From: an uncultured delta proteobacterium
Lineage (GTDB): Bacteria > Myxococcota_A > UBA9160 > JAFDET01
Direction of reading: 5' to 3'
Assembly (NCBI GenBank): GCA_947259215.1
Contig: CAMYLJ010000008.1
Coordinates: forward strand, 153,256 to 217,255
DNA: 64,000 nucleotides
The position numbers and the translations under genes were made by a program. The notes under the pieces were generated by a model. It did no database searches, was not told where the DNA came from, and saw only the letters and a list, made by a program, of their open reading frames with translations. This document shows positions 39,750-48,224 of this stretch, one piece after another. Each line of letters begins with the position of its first letter. The first letter of the stretch is position 1.

Positions 39750-41513
39750 ATGCATCCGGTGGACCCGGGATTGGGAACATCAGGCAGCGTTGCCACGACG
39801 CCCACTCCAGGGGACGGGATCGCGCGGCACTCTCGCCTGATCCGAATCAGCGCATCGCTGGTGCTGGTCGGGTGTCTGGTCTGGCTGGGCCTGGCGCTGC
39901 TGCTGCTCGAACGGCCGTGGATCCGCCTGGCGATCACCCTCACGATCGCCTTCGGCGCCATGACTGCGCTCTGGTTGACGCGACGGGGGCACAGGCGAGC
40001 CGCCGCATGGCTCGTCGTCGGTCTGATCGTCGCGGCGATCACGGCCTCCCTCGTCGTCTCCGGGGGGAGGCTCGATTCGCCCGCCGTGGGCGGGTACCTC
40101 GTGGCGGTGATCGCCGCGGGAGTGCTGCTCGGCGGGCGCGCCCCCGTCGTCGTCGCGCTCTTCGCCGCCGCACTCGCGGCGGGCATCGGGCTGGCTGAGG
40201 AGCGCGGCCTCCTGGCCGTCGTGCCGGGTCACACACCGCTGAGCATCTTCTGGGCGCGCGGCCTGATCCTCGGCGCCGGGGCCGCCCTGGTCATCCTCGC
40301 CACCCGCGAGCTGAGCGACGCCACCGACGCGGCGCGACGCCACCGGCACAGTCTTGCGTTGCGGGGCGCCGAGCTCGAGGCGAGCGAGGAGCGCTCTCGC
40401 AGGCTGGCCGAGCACAGCAACCATCTGTTGGCAGAGTGGGACTCGCAAGGGCGGGTGACCTACGTGAGCCCGAACTACCGGGACGCGCTCGGCTACGACG
40501 CCGGCATGCTGCTGGGCGGGCAGCACGTGCGGAAGGTACACCCGGAAGACCGCGAAGCGCTGAAGCACGGCCTCCAGCAACCGGGCGCCTCGTCGCTGAC
40601 CTACCGGTCTCGCCACGCCGACGGCTCCTGGCGTTGGCTCGAGACCACGGCCTGCCGCTACCTCAACGCAGAAGGCGACGAGCGGGTGCTCTCCATCTCG
40701 CGGGACGTGACGGAACGCGTCGAAGAGATCGAGCGCCGGCGCATCCGCGAACGCGCGCAGCAGCACTCGGCGAAGATGGAGGCCCTGGGTCGACTGGCGG
40801 GCGGTGTCACCCACGAGTTCAACAACTATCTGACCGCGATCGCCCTTCAGACGCAGGCCCTGCTCCAACGCCTGGCCGAGGATGACCCTGCTCGGGAGAA
40901 CGCGCAGCGGATCGGGCTGGCGTCGGATCAGGCCAGGGAGCTGACCCGCCGCCTGCTGGCGTTCAGCCGCCGCAGCGACGGCCGGATCGAGAGTCTGGAA
41001 CTCAACGCCGTCGTCGAAGGTCTAGCCAAGCTCCTGGCGCCCATGGTCGGAACTGGCGTCGAATTCGGCGTCACGCTCGCCCCGCAGCCCTGCGTCGTGG
41101 AAGCGGATCCGAGCGAGATCGAGCAGATCCTGGTGAATCTGGTCGTGAACGCCATGGACGCCGTCGCGGGCGCTGGCGCCATCCGCGTCAGCGTCCGAAC
41201 CGTCGAACTCACCTCGCCAACGGCCTTCGCCTCGCGTTCGCTCGGCCCGGGCTCCTACGTGGAGCTGGCCGTCGAGGACTCGGGGGTCGGAATGGACGAG
41301 GGCGCTCGGATCCGCCTGTTCGAGCCCTTCTTCTCGACGAAGGACCCCGAGAAGCGGACGGGCCTGGGGCTCTCGATCGTGTACGGCATCGTGTCGCGCC
41401 GCCGCGGTGGAATCCAGGTGTCCAGCCGACCCGGCGAGGGCACGCGGGTGGAGATTCTGCTTCCCCGCAGCGGCCCGGAGGGACCCGCAGCGGTCGCCAC
41501 CGGCGCCGGGTAG
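39750..41513 (+). CDS. sensor histidine kinase (multi-TM N-terminus, PAS, HisKA, HATPase_c)
   Basis: 587 aa. ATG immediately follows the regulator stop. 5-6 TM helices, PAS (WDSQGRVTYVSPNYRDALGY), H-box GGVTHEFNNYL, G-boxes DSGVGMD and GLGLS. Confidence 0.9.
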   Translation: MHPVDPGLGTSGSVATTPTPGDGIARHSRLIRISASLVLVGCLVWLGLALLLLERPWIRLAITLTIAFGAMTALWLTRRGHRRAAAWLVVGLIVAAITASLVVSGGRLDSPAVGGYLVAVIAAGVLLGGRAPVVVALFAAALAAGIGLAEERGLLAVVPGHTPLSIFWARGLILGAGAALVILATRELSDATDAARRHRHSLALRGAELEASEERSRRLAEHSNHLLAEWDSQGRVTYVSPNYRDALGYDAGMLLGGQHVRKVHPEDREALKHGLQQPGASSLTYRSRHADGSWRWLETTACRYLNAEGDERVLSISRDVTERVEEIERRRIRERAQQHSAKMEALGRLAGGVTHEFNNYLTAIALQTQALLQRLAEDDPARENAQRIGLASDQARELTRRLLAFSRRSDGRIESLELNAVVEGLAKLLAPMVGTGVEFGVTLAPQPCVVEADPSEIEQILVNLVVNAMDAVAGAGAIRVSVRTVELTSPTAFASRSLGPGSYVELAVEDSGVGMDEGARIRLFEPFFSTKDPEKRTGLGLSIVYGIVSRRRGGIQVSSRPGEGTRVEILLPRSGPEGPAAVATGAG

Positions 41514-41522
41514 AATGGATGC

Positions 41523-42599
41523 GTGAGCGTTTCCGCCTCCGCGACGCCCAGCGTCCGCCTGCGAGATCGCTACCTGCGTGTCGAGTTCGGCGCCGGCCTC
41601 CCTCGCTGGGCGGACTACCACTACCTGTGGCTGCGCCACTTCTGCCCCTGCTGCCGGCATCCCGAGACTGCGGAACGCACCCTCTGCGCCTCCACGCTCC
41701 CGCCCGAGACGGCGCCCCTCGGCGCGGCCGTGCAGGGCGAGGAGCTGGTCGTCGAGTGGAAGGAGTCCGGGGGCAGTCACGTGAGCCGCTACCCGCTGCC
41801 CTGGCTGCGCGAGCACGCCTACGCGCCGGAGCGCCAGGAGGTCCCTCCGCCGGCGAGCGAGGTCGAGCGGATCGAGCTGGACTTCCGCGCCCTCGGCGAG
41901 GGCTTCGCCGGGCCGTGCCTGGAGCGCCTCGTCGCCGATGGCGCGGTGGTGGTGCGCGGCGCCGGCGACGACAGCGAGGCGTTGATCGACGGCTTCGAGG
42001 CGGAGGGCCTCGTCGTGATACCGACCCACTTCGGCCGCATCGAGGACCTGCGCACCGACAACACCACCAACCTCAACACCGATCAGCTCGGCTACACCGA
42101 CGCAGCGGTGGATCTGCACACGGACCAGCCCTTCATCGAGCAGCCTCCGCGCTTCCAGCTGCTCCACTGCCTGCGCCCGGCCGCGCGCGGAGGCGAGAAC
42201 GCCGTGGCCGACGGCATTCAGGCCGCGCGGATCCTGCGCAGCTGCGACGCGCCCGCCTTCGAGTTGCTGACGACGGTTCCGGTGCGGTTCGATCGGCAGC
42301 AGCAGGGGTTCCAGAGCCTGCAGGTGCGGCCGATCGTCACGCTCCGCGACGGCGAGCCGAATCAGGTGCGCGCCAGCTACTTCACCTACGGCCCGCACCG
42401 TATCCCGTTCGACACCCTCGAGGCCTGGTACCGCGCCTACGCCCGCTGGGTCGCCCTGCTCGAGCAGCACGCGGTCCGCTTCCGCCTCGAAACGGGCGAC
42501 TTCCTGCTCTACGACAACCACCGCATGCTGCACGCGCGCACCGGCTTCGAGGGCGCGCGCTGGCTGCGCGGCGTCTACTTCGACGCGCGCAGCGGCTGA
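41523..42599 (+). CDS. Fe(II)/2-oxoglutarate dioxygenase of the TauD / gamma-butyrobetaine-hydroxylase-like type with an N-terminal DUF971-type Zn-Cys domain
   Basis: 358 aa (GTG start). N-terminal WLRHFCPCCRH. Facial triad candidates VDLHTDQ (HxD) and MLHARTGF (distal His). Confidence 0.7.
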   Translation: MSVSASATPSVRLRDRYLRVEFGAGLPRWADYHYLWLRHFCPCCRHPETAERTLCASTLPPETAPLGAAVQGEELVVEWKESGGSHVSRYPLPWLREHAYAPERQEVPPPASEVERIELDFRALGEGFAGPCLERLVADGAVVVRGAGDDSEALIDGFEAEGLVVIPTHFGRIEDLRTDNTTNLNTDQLGYTDAAVDLHTDQPFIEQPPRFQLLHCLRPAARGGENAVADGIQAARILRSCDAPAFELLTTVPVRFDRQQQGFQSLQVRPIVTLRDGEPNQVRASYFTYGPHRIPFDTLEAWYRAYARWVALLEQHAVRFRLETGDFLLYDNHRMLHARTGFEGARWLRGVYFDARSG

Positions 42600-42600
42600 G

Positions 42601-43515
42601 TCAGAAGAGCGCGATCGGGTTCACCGGCGACGCGGTGCCGCCCACCAGCACGAGCGGCGCGATGCTGAGCAGGAACTCCCAGCGTCCTTCGGCCTCGCAG
42701 GCCAGGGCGAGATCCTCCAGGTCGAGGTTGTCGAGGAGGTGGAGTCCCATGGCCACGATCGCCACCGAGTGGATCGGCAGGCGGAAGGCGCCCGAACGCG
42801 AGGGGACCGTGTCCGACACGCCGTCGCTGCCCAGGGCGGCCACGTCCCGCTCGCGCAGCCACGGCAGGCAGGCGGCTTGTAGTCCCGCCAGGGCGGCGTG
42901 GGGATCCCAGGGCCCCCGCTCCTCGCGCAGCGCCCAGCGGCCGGTTCGCACGAGGAGCACGTCGCCCGCCTCGACGCGGACGCCGGCGGCACGCTCGGCC
43001 GCTTCCAGATCTTCCGGGTAGATGGCCTCCCCGGCCTCGAGCCAGGCGGCCCCGCGCTGCCGCGGCACATCCAGCAGCACGCCCCGCGACACGATGCCGT
43101 CGCGGAGCGCGTCGATGGAGAGGGCCTCCGCGCCGTGGGCGGTGACGCGTTCTGCCGAAGTGCCGTTGTAGAGCCGACCCTCGTGGAAGATGTGACAGAG
43201 GGCGTCGATGTGGCTCACCGCGTAGCCGTGGGGCGCCATGCCGAAGAAGTCGCCGCCGTAGCCCTCGCTGGCGGTGCCGATCATGTGGTGCAGCACCGGC
43301 TTGTGGTTGTCGGCGGCCGGCTCGGTGGGGAGGGGCCGCGCGCACGACACGGCGCGACCGCTCGTCACCAGGCGGGCCGCGTCCGTTCGCTTGGCCCGCG
43401 TGATCGTGTTCAGGCTGCCGAGCTGGTCGTCGTCGCCCCAGCGTCCCCAGTTCGAGAGCGAGCGGTGGAACTCCGCCACCGCCGCCGCGTCGGCATCGCG
43501 CCGCCCGCCGCCCAT
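42601..43515 (-). CDS. cyclase-family protein (kynurenine-formamidase-like fold)
   Basis: 304 aa from ATG 43515. The rest of the 683-aa ORF is shadow. Motif PHGYAVSHIDALCHIF (HxxxxxHxDxxxH type), plus SRGVLLDV and GDVLLVRTG. Confidence 0.7.
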   Translation of the reverse strand: MGGGRRDADAAAVAEFHRSLSNWGRWGDDDQLGSLNTITRAKRTDAARLVTSGRAVSCARPLPTEPAADNHKPVLHHMIGTASEGYGGDFFGMAPHGYAVSHIDALCHIFHEGRLYNGTSAERVTAHGAEALSIDALRDGIVSRGVLLDVPRQRGAAWLEAGEAIYPEDLEAAERAAGVRVEAGDVLLVRTGRWALREERGPWDPHAALAGLQAACLPWLRERDVAALGSDGVSDTVPSRSGAFRLPIHSVAIVAMGLHLLDNLDLEDLALACEAEGRWEFLLSIAPLVLVGGTASPVNPIALF

Positions 43516-43520
43516 GCCGG

Positions 43521-45785
43521 CTAGGGCGCACTCCAGGACACCCAGATGGGCGAAGACCAGGCGCGCTCCTCGATCTCGGCCAGGCAGTCGTCGCTGCGCG
43601 GCGTGCGCTCGTCGGCGTAGCACGGGTGGGAACGCAGGCAGCGTCCCTGCGCGTCGCGCTCGCAGCGCAGGTTGTCGCCGTTCACGGCCGGGCTGGGCTC
43701 TTCGAGAGCGCGCACGTAGTAGACGGTCTCGCGCTGCGCCTGCGGAAACTCCGGATCCTCGAACTCGAAGGAGCAGCCCGACGGATTGCCCGGGCAGGCG
43801 TGCACGAGCCAGGGGTCCGCGATCAGCGCGGCGATGGGCTCGTCCGGGCGCTCCTGCGGGCGGATCCGCACCACCTCGATCCGGGCGATGCGCTTCCGCT
43901 CCGCGCCCGGGTGATGGCACTCGCCGCGGCAGAGTCGCTCCAGCCGCTCGGCGGGCAGGCCGCGCACGGCGTACTCCGGGCAGCCGGGGAGCTGCTCGAA
44001 CGCGCCCACGGCGCGCACCCGGAAGCGCGGCGCCCGTCCCAGCGCCACCTCCGAGCCCATGGGGCGGATGCCGACCGGCGCGTTCAGCACGTCGAACCAG
44101 AGCAGGGTCCGGCCACCGCTGGTGCCGTACACCTCGCGTCGCGTCAGGGACTCCCAGATGGACTGGCGGTCGCGGCCGGCGGCGTGGACCGCTACCAGGC
44201 CCCCCGTGTAGAGGAAGGAGACGTTGCGCTCCACGTCCCGCGTGGCGAATCCGGGACCCAGGCCCGTGAGCGCGAGGGAGCGCGGCTGCGGCTCGACGTC
44301 CCGCTGGCCGATGCCGACCCCCGGGATGGGCTCCTGCGAGCCGCGGACGTCGGTCATCGCGCCGTGGCGCGCGAACTCCTTGTAGCCGGTCCCGGCGCGC
44401 GCGCTGTGGATGTCGCTCGACGCGATCAGGCCCATGCGCTGCCGGTAGGGGGCGCCCTCGTCGTCGAAGTCGCTGCGGGCCAGGATCGACTGCACCGACA
44501 TGGCGGGGCGGTAGTCGAAGGACGGCAGGAAGCAGTCGCGGCACTGGCCTGCGTCGAGCCATTCCTCCGCCTGGGCGCCGGGGACGGTGAAGAGGCCCGA
44601 CGCACCGGCCGCCAGGTGGTTGGTGCGCGCCTCGGCAGCGCGCGCGTCGCACTCGGCCTCACTCTCACCGGCGTCGAGGCAGCGCGCGCGGATGATCTCG
44701 CCCGCGCGCCAGCAGTTCGGCAGGTAGTCGTCGCTCGGCTCCGGGCAGGTCTGCGAGCCGTCGGGACTCATCGTCACCGCTCGCCAGGGGCGGTACTGCT
44801 CCGAGTTGCCGTGGCCCGAGTAGACCTCGACCAGGTTCTGGCGCGCGTCTCCCTGGTCTCGCTTCAGCTGGAGCGCCCAGTCGGCGCCGGGCGGCGCGCT
44901 CCAGCCCCAGGCACTGCCGTGGGGAATCACGAGCGCGGCGTGATCCCACTCGGCGAGCTTCGCGAAGAGCTCGGAGGGGGTTTCGGCCACCTCGATGCAG
45001 TCGTCCGGGAGCGAGAGCACCGGCACGCCCGTCGGGCATGCCTCGAGCGACCGCAGCTCCGCCCCGTAGCGGATCTGGTCGAGCCCCCGCCGCCCCGCGA
45101 CGAGCGGAGCCCCCAGCAGCTGGAGCGGTCGCAGCGACGCGCCGCCCAGTCCGAAGGCGGAGGCGATGGGACGTGCCGGGATGCGCTCGTCCTCGAGATC
45201 GCGCAGCACCACGTTCTTGTGGCCGTAGTGGCGCTGCGGATCGCCCGCCTTCTGGGTCCACTCCCAGCCCAGGTAGGCGACGAGATCCGGGTTCGCCGGA
45301 TCTCCGGACAGCTCGTTGCACTGGCGGATCGAGTCCCGTGTCTCGGACCAGTGCTCCGGCGACAGGCTCTCCGCGTGGTCGTTGATCGAGAAGAAGTCCA
45401 GGGAGGAGCAGAAGCGTGCGAAGTCGCAGGCGTCGGCAGGCGGGTAGGCGCCGGCGACACCGCCCAGCATGGGCAGGCTGAAGAGGAACGCATCGGCTGA
45501 GAAGGTGGTGTGGACGTGCAGGTCGCCGAACAGGATCTGGCGCGACGCCTCGGCGCCCACGCCCCGGGCCGCGCCCGCGACGGCGGAGACCTCGCGTGCC
45601 ACGGCTTCGGACGGGCGCGCCTCTCCGGCGATGTCGCCCGGCCCCTCGTGGCGCCCGAAGTGGCCGCGGGCCAGGGCCAGGAAGAGGAGGGCGACCCCTG
45701 CCAGCACGGCGAGCAGTGCGACGACGATCCTCAGCGGCCGGTCTCCTCGAAGCGGGCGTTCATCCGTGTGCGCCTGCCGAGCCAT
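43521..45785 (-). CDS. DUF3604-like protein (PHP-type metal-dependent hydrolase fold suspected), N-terminal TM anchor
   Basis: 754 aa from ATG 45785. Motifs: LFGDLHVHTTFSADAF, FFSINDHAE, GWEWT, VIPHGSAWG. Cys-rich C-terminus. The upstream 260 codons of the ORF are P/R-rich shadow. Confidence 0.75.
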   Translation of the reverse strand: MARQAHTDERPLRGDRPLRIVVALLAVLAGVALLFLALARGHFGRHEGPGDIAGEARPSEAVAREVSAVAGAARGVGAEASRQILFGDLHVHTTFSADAFLFSLPMLGGVAGAYPPADACDFARFCSSLDFFSINDHAESLSPEHWSETRDSIRQCNELSGDPANPDLVAYLGWEWTQKAGDPQRHYGHKNVVLRDLEDERIPARPIASAFGLGGASLRPLQLLGAPLVAGRRGLDQIRYGAELRSLEACPTGVPVLSLPDDCIEVAETPSELFAKLAEWDHAALVIPHGSAWGWSAPPGADWALQLKRDQGDARQNLVEVYSGHGNSEQYRPWRAVTMSPDGSQTCPEPSDDYLPNCWRAGEIIRARCLDAGESEAECDARAAEARTNHLAAGASGLFTVPGAQAEEWLDAGQCRDCFLPSFDYRPAMSVQSILARSDFDDEGAPYRQRMGLIASSDIHSARAGTGYKEFARHGAMTDVRGSQEPIPGVGIGQRDVEPQPRSLALTGLGPGFATRDVERNVSFLYTGGLVAVHAAGRDRQSIWESLTRREVYGTSGGRTLLWFDVLNAPVGIRPMGSEVALGRAPRFRVRAVGAFEQLPGCPEYAVRGLPAERLERLCRGECHHPGAERKRIARIEVVRIRPQERPDEPIAALIADPWLVHACPGNPSGCSFEFEDPEFPQAQRETVYYVRALEEPSPAVNGDNLRCERDAQGRCLRSHPCYADERTPRSDDCLAEIEERAWSSPIWVSWSAP

Positions 45786-45877
45786 CCTAGCCCAGCCGGC
45801 AGGCGGAGCCCGCTGCGTGAGCACGCGCGGAATCCGACGCGTGACAGGGTCGCGGGCGCACCGATAGACTGGCCCCG

Positions 45878-47296
45878 GTGAGGCGCACGGCTCTCGTCGT
45901 CGCGGCGGTCGCCCTCGTGGCCGCGTTCGTCGTCGCCTGGCGGGTGCAGCCGGGCGTGGCGATCCAGGTCGGCGCCGGCTACGCGGCGCGCGTGACCTGT
46001 GCGCTGGTCTTCCACAGCGGGATGGAGCCGGAGTCCGTGATGCGCGACTACGTCGCCTACGACCTCGGATGGGCGGCGCCGTTGCTGCGGGTGCGCGTGG
46101 ATCGGGAGGCCGGCGCGGTGGACGCCAGTGCGGCGTGGCTCGGACGGGCCCGGGCGATCTACCGTCGAGGCGTCGGCTGCACACTGGTGGCCGACGCGGA
46201 CGAGGCGGCGCTGCGCCGCTTCCGCGATCCGCCGCGCGCGCCGCCCCTTGCGACGAGCGTGCCCTGGCCTCGCGGCGAGGGTGCGCTGGTTGCCGCGCCA
46301 CCTCCGGCGCTGGCGGCCGCGCTCGACGAGGCCTTCGCGGAGCGGGAAGCGCGTCCGGGCCGGATGCGCCAGACCTCGGCGGTGCTCGTGGCCCACCGGG
46401 GGCGCCTGGTGGCGGAGCAGTACGGGCCCGGGATCGACACCCGGACGCCGCTCCTCTCCTGGTCGATGGCGAAGAGCGTCGTCGCCGCGCTGGTGGGTGT
46501 GGCGGTGCGCGAGGGCCGGCTCGCGCTGCGGGCTCCCGCGCCGGTGCCCGAGTGGCGCGGCCCCGGCGACTCACGCGGCGCCATCACGACCGATCAGCTC
46601 CTGCGGATGTCGAGCGGGCTCGCCTTCGACGAGACCTACGGCGCCGTGAACGACGTCTCCCGCATGCTCTTCACCCGCGCCGACGTGGGCGCCTTCGCCG
46701 CCGGCTTTCCCCTCGCCCACCCGCCGGACGCCGCCTGGTCCTACTCGAGCGGCAGCTCGAACATCCTCTCGCGGATCCTGCGCGACGGCTTCGACGGCGA
46801 TCTCGAGGCGCTGGTGCGCTGGAGCCGCGAGGCCTTCTTCGACCCGCTGGGCATGCGCACGGCCGTGGCGGAGACCGACGCGTCGGGCAGCTTCATCGGC
46901 TCGTCGCTGGTCTTCGCCTCAGGCCGGGACTGGGCCCGCTTCGGGCAGCTGCACCTCCAGGACGGCGTCTTGGAGGGCCGGCGCATCCTGCCCGAAGGCT
47001 GGGTCCGCTACGTGAGCACGCCGACGCCGCAGGCGCCGGAAGGACGCTACGGGGCGGGCTGGTGGCTCAACGCCGGCGATCCGCACGATCCCGGCCGGCG
47101 CATGTGGCCCTCGCTTCCGCGCGAGGCCTACGCAGCCCGGGGCAAGAGCGGGCAGTACGTGGTGATCGTGCCGTCCGCCGAGCTGGTGGTGGTGCGCCTC
47201 GGGCTCAGCCAGGCCGAGGGGGACGACCTGCACGGCATCGAGCCCCTGGTGCGGGCGGCGCTCGACAGCCTCGCGTCGGGCGGGCCGCCGCGCTAG
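45878..47296 (+). CDS. serine hydrolase, beta-lactamase/transpeptidase-like (class C/esterase type)
   Basis: 472 aa (GTG start) with a TM anchor. SxxK motif in LLSWSMAKSVV. YSSGSSN (Y-x-N-like region). GKSGQYVVIVP (KTG-like). Confidence 0.75.
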   Translation: MRRTALVVAAVALVAAFVVAWRVQPGVAIQVGAGYAARVTCALVFHSGMEPESVMRDYVAYDLGWAAPLLRVRVDREAGAVDASAAWLGRARAIYRRGVGCTLVADADEAALRRFRDPPRAPPLATSVPWPRGEGALVAAPPPALAAALDEAFAEREARPGRMRQTSAVLVAHRGRLVAEQYGPGIDTRTPLLSWSMAKSVVAALVGVAVREGRLALRAPAPVPEWRGPGDSRGAITTDQLLRMSSGLAFDETYGAVNDVSRMLFTRADVGAFAAGFPLAHPPDAAWSYSSGSSNILSRILRDGFDGDLEALVRWSREAFFDPLGMRTAVAETDASGSFIGSSLVFASGRDWARFGQLHLQDGVLEGRRILPEGWVRYVSTPTPQAPEGRYGAGWWLNAGDPHDPGRRMWPSLPREAYAARGKSGQYVVIVPSAELVVVRLGLSQAEGDDLHGIEPLVRAALDSLASGGPPR

Positions 47297-47369
47297 CGGA
47301 CGTGGGGTCGCCCTGCGCCATGGGCGCGGTACCTTCGGGCGGAAGGCTCGCGGCCCGAGGAGGAGACCC

Positions 47370-47711
47370 ATGGCTCGGCAGATCGACTGGTACTACACCC
47401 GCAAGGGCTGAACGTCCTGCACCCGAGCGTCCAAGTTCCTGGACGCCAACAAGATCGCAGCGCGTGAGACCGTCCTCGCCAGCGCCAAGCTCGGTCGCGC
47501 GGAGGCGGCCGCCATGGCCAAGGCGGCGTCCAAGGTGATCGTCGCCAAGGGCAAGCAGGTGAGTGCCTTCGCGCCCAGGGGCAAGGCCGGCAAGGAAGTG
47601 GTCGACGCCATGCTGGGTCCGACGGGCAACCTGCGCGCGCCGACCCTGCGCCGCGGGAAGACCGTGCTGGTCGGGTTCAACGAGGACGCCTACACGGAGG
47701 CGCTGCTCTAG
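47370..47711 (+). CDS. ArsC/Spx/YffB-family thioredoxin-fold protein with an in-frame TGA (47409..47411) at the redox-Cys position: candidate selenoprotein (U-T-S-C motif)
   Basis: ATG 47370 preceded by GAGGAGGAG. Reads MARQIDWYYTRKG-[TGA]-TSCTRASKFLDANKI... and stays open to TAG 47711. The track lists only the 3' fragment 47514..47711. C-terminal GNLRAPTLRRGKTVLVGFNEDAY is typical of the family. Hairpin 15 nt after the TGA. Confidence 0.65.
47427..47446 (+). other. putative bacterial SECIS-like hairpin (GCGUCC-AAGUUCCU-GGACGC)
   Basis: Perfect 6-bp GC-rich stem with an 8-nt loop containing GU. The stem starts 15 nt and the loop 21 nt downstream of the in-frame UGA. Confidence 0.4.
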
Positions 47712-47723
47712 CGGCGTGACTCT

Positions 47724-48224
47724 TCAGGCGAGTCCCGGGTGTCCCGTGATCCGGTAGTAGAGGAACATGCCGGCGTCCCGCAGGTCGAAGACGAAGGCCA
47801 CCGCGATCACTCCGATCAGCACGCGGCACCACAGCCCGTAGCGCGTCTCGACGCTCGTCGTGGGAAGCTCCCGCACGAGCATCACCAGCGCGGGCGTCCA
47901 GCAGACCACGTGGGCCAATGAGACCACGCCGACCCGGACGTCCGTCGCAAACTCGATGGCAGCCACGACCAGGTGGCTCAGGAGGAAGCCGCCGGCGGCC
48001 CAGCGTGCGGCAGGGTGCCGCCGCACGAAGAAGAGCGAGGCGGCGAAGGTCAGGGCCAGGAACGCCAGCCAGATCTTCAGCGGCAGCGGGATCGCCGCGC
48101 GAGCCGCGTTGTCCCAGATCTGGAGGGAGTGGGGCAGCGGCTCGGCCGCGACGGCGGGGAGCGCGCTCGCCAGGAATCCCGCGCTCGCGAGGGCGAGAAG
48201 CGACAGCCGTGTACGCGGACTCAC
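47724..48224 (-). CDS. hypothetical membrane protein (signal peptide + 4 TM)
   Basis: 166 aa from GTG 48224, overlapping the upstream reductase stop (GTGA). Hydrophobic helices (IWLAFLALTFAASLFFV, LLSHLVVAAIEFA, LIGVIAVAFVF). Confidence 0.6.
   Translation of the reverse strand: MSPRTRLSLLALASAGFLASALPAVAAEPLPHSLQIWDNAARAAIPLPLKIWLAFLALTFAASLFFVRRHPAARWAAGGFLLSHLVVAAIEFATDVRVGVVSLAHVVCWTPALVMLVRELPTTSVETRYGLWCRVLIGVIAVAFVFDLRDAGMFLYYRITGHPGLA

Noticed and set aside
47409-47411. Reading the in-frame TGA as evidence for an alternative genetic code (TGA = Trp/Gly)
   Set aside because: Many well-supported genes in the window terminate at TGA at family-typical lengths (for example 1336, 5333, 7056, 7463, 8480 and 19396), so TGA is a normal stop here. 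A local recoding event (Sec) or a pseudogene is more plausible.
47393-47680. 95-aa minus-strand ORF antisense to the ArsC-like gene
   Set aside because: No SD and no recognisable features. The plus strand has a strong SD and family-typical sequence on both sides of the TGA.
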